Below are positions 52,721 through 63,524 of a stretch of DNA of 64,000 nucleotides, piece after piece (within the stretch, counting starts at the first letter, position 1; every line of letters begins with the position of its first letter). Position numbers and translations under genes: made by a program. The DNA comes from Macrostomum lignano (lineage: Eukaryota), in assembly GCA_002269645.1 (NCBI GenBank), contig NIVC01002705.1:62001-126000 (forward strand). Reading direction: 5' to 3'. The notes below the pieces were generated by a model, which was not told the origin of the DNA, searched no databases, and saw only the letters and a list, made by a program, of their open reading frames with translations.

Positions 52721-53204
52721 ATTCTATCTTTTGTCTACTAAGTTGATGGTCCTTCGCATTATAAACGCAAGAAGAACTACAAATGAAAGAGAGGGAATGC
52801 TTCTTAAAGAATTTATTGCTGCTAAATTCAATTTGTTTCTAAACCACATCTCATTTGCATCTTTGAAGCTGAGACTCTTAAATTTGTACTGGCAGCTCCG
52901 GCACCGAAAGGTCAATACTCGTATCGCACCAGCACTCGGCATGAAGCCACTTTGGTTCACTTTATACTCTAACAGCCTTGCACTCCATTGCCGGCTTTGA
53001 GACCCTGTGGCCGCCCAATCAGCTGCGACCGCTGCAAATGAAAGCTGGCAGTTGGGGCTGATGGAATCTGCCTATTTTATAGGGAAGTCTCGTGCATTGA
53101 AATTGAATAGTTAGAAGGCAGGGATATGCGGGGGCAGGGATGATATATGCGAGTCAGGACAGGCCCGGGAAAAGGTCAGGACAGGCATTGATCACCTTCC
53201 CTCC

Positions 53205-53525
53205 CACACTGTAACTCTCTGTCACTGTAACACTCCCACCCTACACTGTAACACTGCCACCCTACACTGTAACACTCCCACCCTACACTGTAACACTGCC
53301 ACCCTACACTGTAACACTCCCACCCTACACTGTAACACTGCCATCCTACACTGTAACACTCCCACCCTACACTGTAACACTGCCACCCTCCACTGTAACA
53401 CTCCCACCATTCACTGTAACACTTCCACCCTTAACTGTAACACTTCCACCCTACACTGTAACACTCCCACCCTCCACTGTAACACTGCCACCCTACACTG
53501 TAACACTTCCACCCTACACTGTGTA
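53205..53525. repeat. 21-bp minisatellite, reverse complement of the 50231-51505 array
   Basis: Unit ccaccctacactgtaacactc. Confidence 0.95.
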
Positions 53526-53534
53526 ACAGTCAAA

Positions 53535-53815
53535 TCAGGATAGGCACAGGGCAGGGTCAGGACAGGCACAGGGCAGGGTCAGGACAGGCACAGGGCAGGG
53601 TCAGGACAGGCACAGGGCAGGGTCAGGACAGGCACAGGGCAGGGTCAGGACAGGCACAGGGCAGGGTCAGGACAGGCACAGGGCAGGGTCAGGACAGGCA
53701 CAGGGCAGGGTCAGGACAGGCACAGGGCAGGGTCAGGACAGGCACAGGGCAGGGTTAGGACAGGCACAGGGCCGGGTCAGGACAGGCACAGGGCAGGGTC
53801 AGGACAGGCACAGGT
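53535..53815. repeat. 22-bp minisatellite (gggcagggtcaggacaggcaca)
   Basis: Tandem copies visible. Confidence 0.95.
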
Positions 53816-54524
53816 CCCGTCAGTCAGCAGTAGGTGACAGCAGAGACGAAGCTGCAGATGCAAAGTACGCCACACCCAAATTCAGAAATACTAAAAGAAT
53901 GAGCCACATAGCCAAATTTCTGAATCACACACCTGCCACACACAACGATGAGCATAATATTTTGAAGCATGCAATGTGCAGTTCTATTTGAATAAATATC
54001 ATTAAAATCTGGGATCACAAGTGGAATACAAAGGTGCACACGCCAAAGGAGGCACGGCCACTCACGGTACAATAGGAATTGAGAAGAAAATGCTTTTTCA
54101 AAAACAGAGGAATAGCGAGAACAATTAAAAGAAGACAATTTACAACAAAAAAAGCAAATAAAGACAAATATCAGTAATTAAAAATTCTAATTCTTAAATT
54201 AAAAAACGGCACAGATCGTTGTCCCACCGTGCTACTCACTGAAACAAAAATATAGTAGTAGTTACCGCATTTTAGAAGTACTAAAACAGCTTTAACTTGA
54301 CAACAAAACAGAGATTAAACAAGCATAATAAGACGAATTTATTTACCCACAATAAGCATAATTTAGCGGTACAATAATACAATAATTTAAGCATAATTAT
54401 TAAACTGCCCACAACAGTGAAGCAGGAAAGCAAAAGTCATGGAAACAAAACAGAAAAAAGTAAATGAAAAAAATTGTTTCAATTTTGACTGGAGAAGAAA
54501 ATTTGTAAACGTAAAGCAGATTTG

Positions 54525-54820
54525 TTAATCCCACACCCTCGGCCTGAGTTGGAGCTCAATCCCACACCCTCAGCCTGAGTTGGAGCTCAACCCCACACCC
54601 TCAGCCTGAGTTGGAGATCAATCCCACACCCTCAGCCTGAGTTGGAGTTCAATCCCACACCCTCAGCTTGAGTTGGAGTTCAATCCCACACCCTCAGCCT
54701 GAGTTGGAGTTCAATCCCACACCCTCAGCTTGAGTTGGAGCTCAACCCCACACCCTCAGCCTGAGTTGGAGATCAATCCCACACCCTCAGCTTGAGTTGG
54801 AGCTCAATCCCACACCTTCA
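54525..54820. repeat. 31-bp minisatellite directly after the PICK1 stop codon
   Basis: Unit aatcccacaccctcagcctgagttggagctc. Confidence 0.93.
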
Positions 54821-54821
54821 G

Positions 54822-57800
54822 TCAGCCCAGCTTCAGCAGCGGTTCATCTCCGCCAGGTGACTCGCTGCTGTTGGCGACCGCAGACACCGCGGCAGAGGCG
54901 GCGGGGGCGGCGGCAGCGGCGGGAGCGGCGGCGTCCCACGCGGCGAACGGCGCCTGAGGCGAGTCGCGGAACTCCCTGACGCCGGACCGGGGCTCGTCAG
55001 CGTCGTCCTCATCGTCCTCGTCCTCGTGCAGCGGAGTGGTGCTCTCATATTGGAAGCTGTTCTTGTTCAGGTCCATCTCGATTGGGAAGATTCTGCAGCC
55101 CTTCATCACTTCGCAGCAGTCATTGTGGTACTTGCTCATGGCCTGGACCAGGCACTGCAACTGGGACACCGTGTCCTGCACTGCATGGGCGAGGTGACGG
55201 CTATTGCGCGATGAACTGTAGATGTACTTTTAATAGTGAGACTTGATAATTTGATAGATTTGATAATTAATGAGAGAGATTGCAAATTTGATATTGGATG
55301 GATGAGATTCGATAGTGGGTGGGTGAGATTTCATATTGGGTGGGTGAGATTTAATATTGGGTGGGTGAGATTTAATATTGGGTGGGTGAGATTTAATATT
55401 GGGTGGGTGAGATTTAATATTGGGTGGGTGAGATTTAATATTGGGTGGGTGAGATTTCATATTGGGTGTATGAGATTTAATATTGGGTGGGTGAGATTTA
55501 ATATTGGGTGGGTGAGATTTAATATTGGGTGGGTGAGATTTCATATTGGGTGTATGAGATTTAATATTGGGTGGGTGAGATTTAATATTGGGTGGGTGAG
55601 ATTTCATATTGGGTGTATGAGATTTAATATTGGGTGGGTGAGATTTAATATTGGGTGGGTGAGATTTAATATTGGGTGGGTGAGATTTCATATTGGGTGG
55701 GTGAGATTTAATATTGGGTGGGTGAGATTTAATATTGGGTGGGTGAGATTTAATATTGGGTGGGTGAGATTTAATATTGGGTGGGTGAGATTTAATATTG
55801 GGTGGGTGAAATTTGATATTGGGTGTATGAGATTTAATATTGGGTGGGTGAGATTTAATATTGGGTGGGTGAGATTTAATATTGGGTGGGTGAGATTTAA
55901 TATTGGGTGGGTGAGATTTCATATTGGGTGGGTGAGGTTTAATATTGGGTGGGTGAGATTTCATATTGGGTGGGTGAGATTTAATATTGGGTGGGTGAGA
56001 TTTAATATTGGGTGGGTGAGATTTAATATTGGGTGGGTGAGATTTAATATTGGGTGGGTGAAATTTAATATTGGGTGGGTGAGGTTTAATATTGGGTGGG
56101 TGAGATTTAATATTGGGTGGGTGAAATTTGATATTGGGTGTATGAGATTTAATATTGGGTGGGTGAGATTTAATATTGGGTGGGTGAGATTTAATATTGG
56201 GTGGGTGAGATTTAATATTGGGTGGGTGAAATTTGATATTGGGTGGGTGAGATTTAATATTGGGTGGGTGAAATTTGATATTGGGTGTATGAGATTTAAT
56301 ATTGGGTGGGTGAGATTTCATATTGGGTGGGTGAGATTTAATATTGGGTGGGTGAGATTTAATATTGGGTGGGTGAAATTTGATATTGGGTGTATGAGAT
56401 TTAATATTGGGTGGGTGAGATTTAATATTAGGTGGGTGAGATTTAATATTGGGTGGGTGAGATTTAATATTGGGTGGGTGAGATTTAATATTGGGTGGGT
56501 GAGATTTGATATTGGGTGGGTGAGATTTCATATTGGGTGGGTGAGATTTAATATTGGGTGGGTGAGATTTGATACTGGGTGGGTGAGATTTGATATCGGA
56601 TGATGAGATTTGATATTGGGTGTATGTGATTTAATATTGGGTGGGTGAGATTTCATATTCGGTGGGTGAGATTTCATATTGGGTGGGTGAGATTGAAAAT
56701 CAGTAAGTGAGATTTGTACTGGGTGTATGAGATTTGATATTGGGTGGGTGAGATTTGATATCGGATGATGAGATTTGATATTGGGGGGTGAGATTTGATC
56801 GAAATTAAAGAAGTCAGAATTGGAAGTCGCCGCTCACCGTGCTTGTTGTCCAGCAGCTCGATCTTCACCAGCACATCATTGCGCATCTTGGCAAACCGGC
56901 TTCTGGCTTCCTGACGGCAGCGGAGGATCAGCCTGAGCAGGGAATACAGTGGGATGTGGGATCTTAGTAAGTACAATAGCTATTCCGAGACTCATAACAG
57001 CCTCACCTATTCTCATAACAGCCTCACCTGTACTCATAACAGCCTCACCTGTACTCACAACAGCCTCACCTGTACTCACAACAGCCTCACCTGTACTCAT
57101 AACAGCCTCACCTGTACTCATAATTCCCGGTCTCCACCCGATAAAGCGGCTCCTGAAGCGCGGCAAAGCTGTACTCTTCATCATCCATTTCTTTCACTTT
57201 GAGACAGTAGGACTGCAATTTTGAGGTGTGAAGTTTTCAAACATCAAATTCCGTATCATTATTAGTTGCATCGAAACAAATACTCGAACAAACAACTCAC
57301 CAAATATTCGAATTTGCAATCCAGATATTTCTTTACAGTCAGTCGAGTGTCGGGCACCACTTTAGTCAGGAATGTGTTCATATCGCTGATCATCTGTTGC
57401 GAGAATTGGAGGGATTTGAAGAGGATCCATAAGATTGGGATTTGAGTAGTTAGACTAGGATTTGAGTAATGAGATTTGGGATTTGAGTAATGAGATTAGG
57501 ATTTGAGTAATGAGATTTGGGATTTGAGTAATGAGATTTGGGATTTGAGTAATGAGATTTGGGATTTGAGTAGTTAGACTAGGATTTGAGTAATGAGATT
57601 AGGGATTTGAGTAATGAGATTAGGATTTGAGTAATGAGATTTAGGATTTGAGTAATGAGATTTGGGATTTGAGTAGTTAGACTAGGATTTGAGCAATGAG
57701 ATTAGGATTTGAGTAATGAGATTTAGGATTTGAGTAATGAGATTTGGGATTTGAGTAATGAGATTTGGGATTTGAGTAATGAGATTTGGGATTTGAGTAA

Positions 57801-60800
57801 TGAGATTTGGGATTTGAGCAATGAGATTTGGGATTTGAGTAATGAGATTTGGGATTTGAGAAATGAGATTTGGGATTTGAGTAATGAGATTTCGGATTCA
57901 AGTAATGATATTGGCATATAAGTTCTAAATAAGCCATCATAATAGGAGCCTCCAATCGCTTAAAAAACATACTCCCAGCCATACAGGAATGCGGGCCTCA
58001 CAAAACTGGTACTAAATAATAATGACTGACGCGGGAATTACCGGTAAGTTGGCCAAAGACAAACTGAGTTTTATTTCTACAGCAAACAATCTGGCAGGGA
58101 AGAGGCGTTAGCTTAGTTTATAAAAACCCCGGTTTGCCTGTTCTGCAAACAAAAATGTTCTGTGGATCCAGAAAGATATAGCAGCAGCAGCACCCACCGG
58201 CTTCACAGTCTTCAAGCACTCGATGGCCGCCTGCTCCATCCTGCGGTGAGTCCCGCCAAACTGGGTGAACGCCTCCGAGGCCCTCGGCTGCGGCTCCTTC
58301 ACCCCGACCTCAGACAGAATCTCGCCGAACACCCGCTGCACCTGGCTGAGCCGATAAAAAGCCTTAATTAAGGACTTAGTCTGGTTCATCAGGCCGAAGA
58401 ACATCCCGGCTGTCCGGTTCATCTCGTCCAGCTTCTTCAGTAGGCCGTCTGGAGCAGGGATTTGGGAAACTTAGAATAGTTAAGACTGGCTTTCAATAAT
58501 AGTATTCATATTCATATTTTACCAGAGACCGGCACAACACGAGACAATTATTGATGGCAGGATTATAGCTAAATGAATTCGATATCTATTTAAAACAACT
58601 GCAACCCGAATCTACGATATTTCATATGCTATTTCATAAAATGGTAATGTCACCAACCTCGAAATGTCATAAGCTGGAAATCTCATAGAACGGAAATCTC
58701 ACTAGATGGAAATCCCACTAGATGGAAATCCCAGTAGATGGAAATCTCACTAGCTGGAAATCCCACTAGATGGAAATCTCACAAGCTGGAAATCTCACTA
58801 GATGGAAATCTCAGTAGATGGAAATCTCACTAGCTGGAAATCCCACTAGATGGAAATCTCACAAGCTGGAAATCTCACAAGCTGGAAATCCCACTAGATG
58901 GAAATCTCACAATTTGGAAATCTCACAAGCTGGAATTCTCATAGAATGGAAATCTCACTAGATAGAAATCTCACAAGCTGGAAATCTCACAAGCTGGAAA
59001 TCCCACTAGATGGAAATCTCACAATCTGGAAATCTCACAAGCTGGAATTCTCATAGAATGGAAATCTCACTAGATAGAAATCTCACAAGCTGGAAATCTC
59101 ACAAGCTGGAAATCTCACAAGCTGGAAATCCCACTAGATGGAAATATCACAATCTGGAAATCTCACAAGCTGGAATTCTCATAGAATGGAAATCTCACTA
59201 GATAGAAATCTCACAAGCTGGAAATCTCACAAGCTGGAAATCCCACTAGATGGAAATCTCACAATCTGGAAATCTCACAAGCTGGAATTCTCATAGAATG
59301 GAAATCTCACTAGATAGAAATCTCACAAGCTGAAAATCTCACAAGCTGGAAATCCCAATAGATGGAAATCTCACAATCTGGAAATCTCACAAGCTGGAAT
59401 TCTCATAGAATGGAAATCTCACTAGATAGAAATCTCACAAGCTGGAAATCTCACAAGCTGGAAATCCCACTAGATGGAAATCTCACAATCTGGAAATCTC
59501 ACAAGCTGGAATTCTCATAGAATGGAAATCTCACTAGATAGAAATCTCACAAGCTGGAAATCTCACAAGCTGGAAATCTCACAAGCTGGAAATCCCACTA
59601 GATGGAAATCTCACAATCTGGAAATCTCACAAGCTGGAATTCTCATAGAATGGAAATCTCACTAGATAGAAATCTCACAAGCTGGAAATCTCACAAGCTG
59701 GAAATCCCACTAGATGGAAATCTCACAATCTGGAAATCTCACAAGCTGGAATTCTCATAGAATGGAAATCTCACTAGATAGAAATCTCACAAGCTGGAAA
59801 TCTCACTAGCTGGAAATCCCACTAGATGGAAATCTCACAAGCTGGAAATCTCACAAGCTAAAAATCTGTATACTGCAGCTAACACCCATGTATTGTTATA
59901 TAGAAATGTAGTGAAATTTCTGCAATTTTGTTAGTCATTTGTTGTCTATCTAAACCAAATGATTAGGTTTCATTATTTGAACGAATTTCATATCCGGTTG
60001 TAAAAGTCACAATCTGATTGTGTTGCTGAGATGCCAAGCGTCAAAGGGTTAGTGAAGCCATGGCTTAAAGGGAGGCTCAAAGATGGAAATCTCACAAGCT
60101 GGAAATCTCACAAGATGGAAACCTCACTAGATGGAAATCTCACAAGACGGAAATATCACAAGCTGGAAATCTCAAACTCAAAATCTCATAAACGGGAAAT
60201 CTTATAGACTGAAAATCTCACAAATTGGAAATCGTACAAGCAGGAAATCTCATGAGCTGGAAATCTCATTAGAAATTTCACAAGCTGGAAATCGTACAAG
60301 CAGGAAATCTCATGAGCTGGAAATCTCATTAGAAATTTCACAAGCTGGAAATCTCACAAACTGAAAATCTCAAAAGTAGGAAATCTCATAAATGGGAAAT
60401 CTCATAAACGGGAAATCTCATAAACGGGAAATCTCAAAAACTGGAAACCTGAAGACCTCATGCCGAAACCACAATCAAAACAACATCATAATTATTTAGC
60501 AAAATCCACAACAACAAAGGAAAATAACACAGAGAAGACCAGACTGCCTTCGTGAACCAAACTCTCATTGCAGTCCGATATTTTCCAGGACCACGGCGTG
60601 GTTGGCGCTTATTCTACTCGTAGTAGAAGGGGGCATCGATTGCGCTAAATTAAAATTTACGAGCTGCAGTCAGAACAGCGTGGACCATGGGGGCGTCTGT
60701 CAGCGGGCGATTGACGGAATCACCGACAGCACATTCAGCCGAGGCAGCTGCACCCACACCCAGAGGAGAACTTTCGGGGGCTGGTGGACCGGCTTCTTTG

Positions 60801-63484
60801 CGGCAAGTATTTGCGGGAATTCGGGGAAATACGGAGCTAGCGTTCACGGGAATTTGAAGCTAGCGTTCACGGAAATCCGGAGCTAGCGTTCACGGGAATT
60901 TGGAGCTAGCGTTCACGGAAATTTGGAGCTAGCGTTCACGGAAATAAGGAGCTAGCGTTCACGGGAATTTGGAGCTAGCGTTCAGGAGAATTTGGAGCTA
61001 GCGTTAAGGGGAATTTGGAGCTAGCGTTCACGGAAGTTTGGAGCTAGCGTTAAGGGGAATTTGGAGCTAGCGTTCAGGGGAATTTGGAGCTAGCGTTCAC
61101 GGAAGTTTGGAGCTAGCGTTCACGGGAACTTGGAGCTAGAATTCATGGGAATTTGAGGCTACTATTCACAAGACTTTAAAGCTAATATTCACAAGACTTT
61201 AAAGCTAATATTCACAAGAATTTAAAGCTACTATTCACAAGACTTTGAAGCTACTATTCACAAGAAGCAACGGATCGGTATATGTAATTCACAAGACTTC
61301 AGAGCTCACGGGCATTGGAAGCTAGTGTTCATGGAAACTCTCGAATAACTCGCAGCATTGGAGTAACAACAAAGATCATTCTATACACCCAACTCGAACA
61401 GGGAGAGGTCAGCGTGGCCAATGTGACCGTGTGGAACAGGCAGGACTGCTGCCCAGACAGACTGGACGATTTTGACCTGTCAATCGGCGGCTCCGTGTGC
61501 CAGCACTCAGCCTCCCTGGCCAGCAAGGCTTGGGCTACGCTGGACTGCCGGGGACTGCGAGGCGACAGCGTTACCATAGCAACTAAATTAAAGGAGGCGT
61601 TGACGCTATGCGAAGTGGAAGTCTACGGCGAATATTCAGGTGAAAATGTTGAGCAGACTGCGGCGCGAGAGTGAAACAAGTACCATTCAATTACAAAGAA
61701 AGTAGGCATTCACTACACAAGGACAACAGGTACTTTGACAGAGAAAAAGCAATTTCCGAAGGTAAAAGTAATCGGTAAGTTTTAAATTTCAGTCAGTATT
61801 CTTTTCTCAAATATCCAAACTATCCTACTATAAGTAGCGGAGAAGAAAAACTAAGCGCTATATTTTGTGTGTACAACAAATAAAAAGAAAAGTGCACAAC
61901 AGTCAGGTCAAACCGTTGCACAGAATGGCCCGGCTAAGGCCCAGAGCGTCAGCCGTGTCGTTGGACATGTTCTCAACAACCTTGTGCTTCACTTTCTTCA
62001 GTACTTTAATTATATACGGTTTGCATGGCGAAGCGGGTTATGCTATTATTTAGCAACTATCCAGTGAAACTACATCTAGCATGTAAATGTACTTTTACAC
62101 CGCGCACCGAAACCCGTCCTGTGCCAGCAGCCCAGTGCGCAATCAAACAAAAATATACAAGTTATGATTTACCACCAAAAATCATTTCAGTCAAGCCCTA
62201 GAAAAAAACGATTGAAAAGGGACAAAGATTCGAGAAATGAATAGAAAATTGGAATTGAAATTTGAAAATATTTTATGGTCAGGTTGGAAATCTTACCGTT
62301 GACCAGCACGGCTCTGGAGAGGCCGAGGCCGTCCGCGGTCGAGCTGGACATTGTATCCACTACCCTGTGCTTCGCCTTCTTAAGGACTTTAATAGTTTTC
62401 AAGGGTGCGCCAAGAGTGACATGTACAACGGCAACTTAAATGCTTGAACATTAATAAATTAATTACATAAATTTGTAACGCCTAAAAAGCAGAAGGGCGA
62501 TTTTAAAAATAGATGTGACATGAAGCCAAAAGAATGATATCGTTAAGGTTGTGGTTGTGGTTTCCCTGATGAATTTCGAGAGGGAAAAATAGGATAGGGT
62601 AGGAAAGAGAGGGGTAGGAGAGAGGTAGGAGAGAGGGGTAGGAGATATAAGGGTAGGAGAGACAGGGGTAGGAGAGGGGTAGGAGAGATAAGGGTAGGAG
62701 AGACAGGGGTAGGAGAAGGGTAGGAGAGATAAGGGTAGGAGAGACAGGGGTAGGAGAGACAGGGGTAGGAGAGACAGGGGTAGGAGAGACAGGGGTAGGA
62801 GAGACAGGGGTAGGAGAGACAGGGTTAGGAAAGACAGGGGTAGGAGAGACAGGGGTAGGAAAGACAGGGGTAGGAAAGACAGGGGTAGGAAAGACAGGGG
62901 TAGGAGAGACAGGGGTAGGAGAGGGGTAGGAGAGGGGTAGGAGAGACAGGGGTAGGAAAGACAGGGGTAGGAGAGACAGGAGTAGGAGAGACAGGGGTAG
63001 GAGAGACAGGGGTAGGAGAGACAGGGTTAGGAAAGACAGGGGTAGGAGAGACAGGGGTAGGAAAGACAGGGGTAGGAAAGACAGGGGTAGGAGAGGGGTA
63101 GGAGAGACAGGGGTAGGAGAGGGGTAGGAGAGACAGGGGTAAGAGAGGGGTAGGAGAGGGTAGGAGAGGGGTAGGAGTGAGAGAATGCGGAAGGCAGGTA
63201 TCATGAATATTAATTCAAAACCTAAATTAAAGAATCCGGTATCAAGTGATTCAACACAAAATGCAATGTTATCGGAGTTGCCATGTTCATGTCAATTATT
63301 AGGCTGCACTGCAAAAATACTTCAACGGAAGATAAAAATAGCATACCGTAATAAATGAAATAGGCTATTAATAACAATAATTCTCAATAAATGCCGTTAA
63401 AACATTTTCCCACTTACTGATATCCAAACTCTTGCCCTGCTTTGGATCGGCATGCAAGCAGTTGTAACCGATGGTGACCGCGCC
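54822..63484 (-). CDS. PICK1: PICK1 (PDZ + BAR/arfaptin homology), 5'-partial. Exons 63418..63484, [62297..62386 and/or 61914..62003], 58198..58448, 57301..57393, 57112..57212, 56838..56932, 54822..55180
   Basis: The spliced translation matches PICK1: ADPKQGKSLDIILKKVKH..TADALGLSRAILCNDGL..EPQPRASEAF..KFEYLSYCLKVKEMDDEEY..GNYEYRLILRCRQEAR..FPIEMDL plus an acidic tail. All introns are GT-AG with compatible phases. Confidence 0.95.
55290..56800. repeat. 21-bp minisatellite (ttaatattgggtgggtgagat) in a PICK1 intron
   Basis: Tandem copies visible. Confidence 0.97.
56990..57122. repeat. 21-bp minisatellite made of a PICK1 exon end plus its splice donor
   Basis: Minus strand tatgagtacag|gtgaggctgt x6. 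Confidence 0.95.
57430..57900. repeat. 21-bp minisatellite (ggatttgagtaatgagatttg) in a PICK1 intron
   Basis: Tandem copies visible. Confidence 0.95.
58660..59865. repeat. 16-bp minisatellite (ggaaatctcacaagct) with 112/128-bp higher-order repeats
   Basis: The marker ggaattctcataga recurs at 58932, 59044, 59172, 59284, 59396, 59508, 59636 and 59748. Confidence 0.95.
60031..61674 (+). CDS. F-type lectin (fucolectin/FTP domain), secreted, nested antisense in a PICK1 intron; join(60031..60047,60574..60802,61402..61674), 172 aa
   Basis: RAIDG..SCTHT..WW..V.V.NRQDCCPDRL..LTLCEVEVYG with the H..RxDxxxxR fucose-binding triad; signal-like TAWLALILLVVEG. The short first exon (ATG 60031, GTTAGT donor) is inferred; the second intron needs a GC donor. 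Confidence 0.85.
60080..60450. repeat. Degenerate 16-bp ggaaatctca array in F-lectin intron 1
   Basis: Same family as 58660-59865. Confidence 0.85.
60825..61270. repeat. 23-bp minisatellite (ggagctagcgttcacgggaattt) in F-lectin intron 2
   Basis: Tandem copies, degenerating to AT-rich variants. Confidence 0.92.
61914..62003 (-). other. PICK1: Duplicated PICK1 exon (copy B), 90 nt, phase 1-1
   Basis: ttaaag|TA CTG AAG AAA GTG AAG CAC..CTG TGC AAC G|gtttga = ILKKVKHKVVENMSNDTADALGLSRAILCN; paralogous to copy A at 62297..62386. Confidence 0.9.
62600..63180. repeat. 15-bp G-rich minisatellite (aggggtaggagagac) in a PICK1 intron
   Basis: Tandem copies visible. Confidence 0.95.
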
Positions 63485-63524
63485 CTGCAATGCCGGGTGC
63501 GGGCTCAAGTATGTGTACAGCGGC

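Noticed and set aside
50180-56603. CNTPTLH, LQCRVGV and KSHPPNI repeat ORFs over 400 aa
   Set aside because: Translations of 21-bp arrays (frame-preserving unit length); one lies within a PICK1 intron.
61867-62067. + strand ORF as a second F-lectin domain (QTVAQNGPAKAQS)
   Set aside because: It is the antisense shadow of PICK1 exon copy B.
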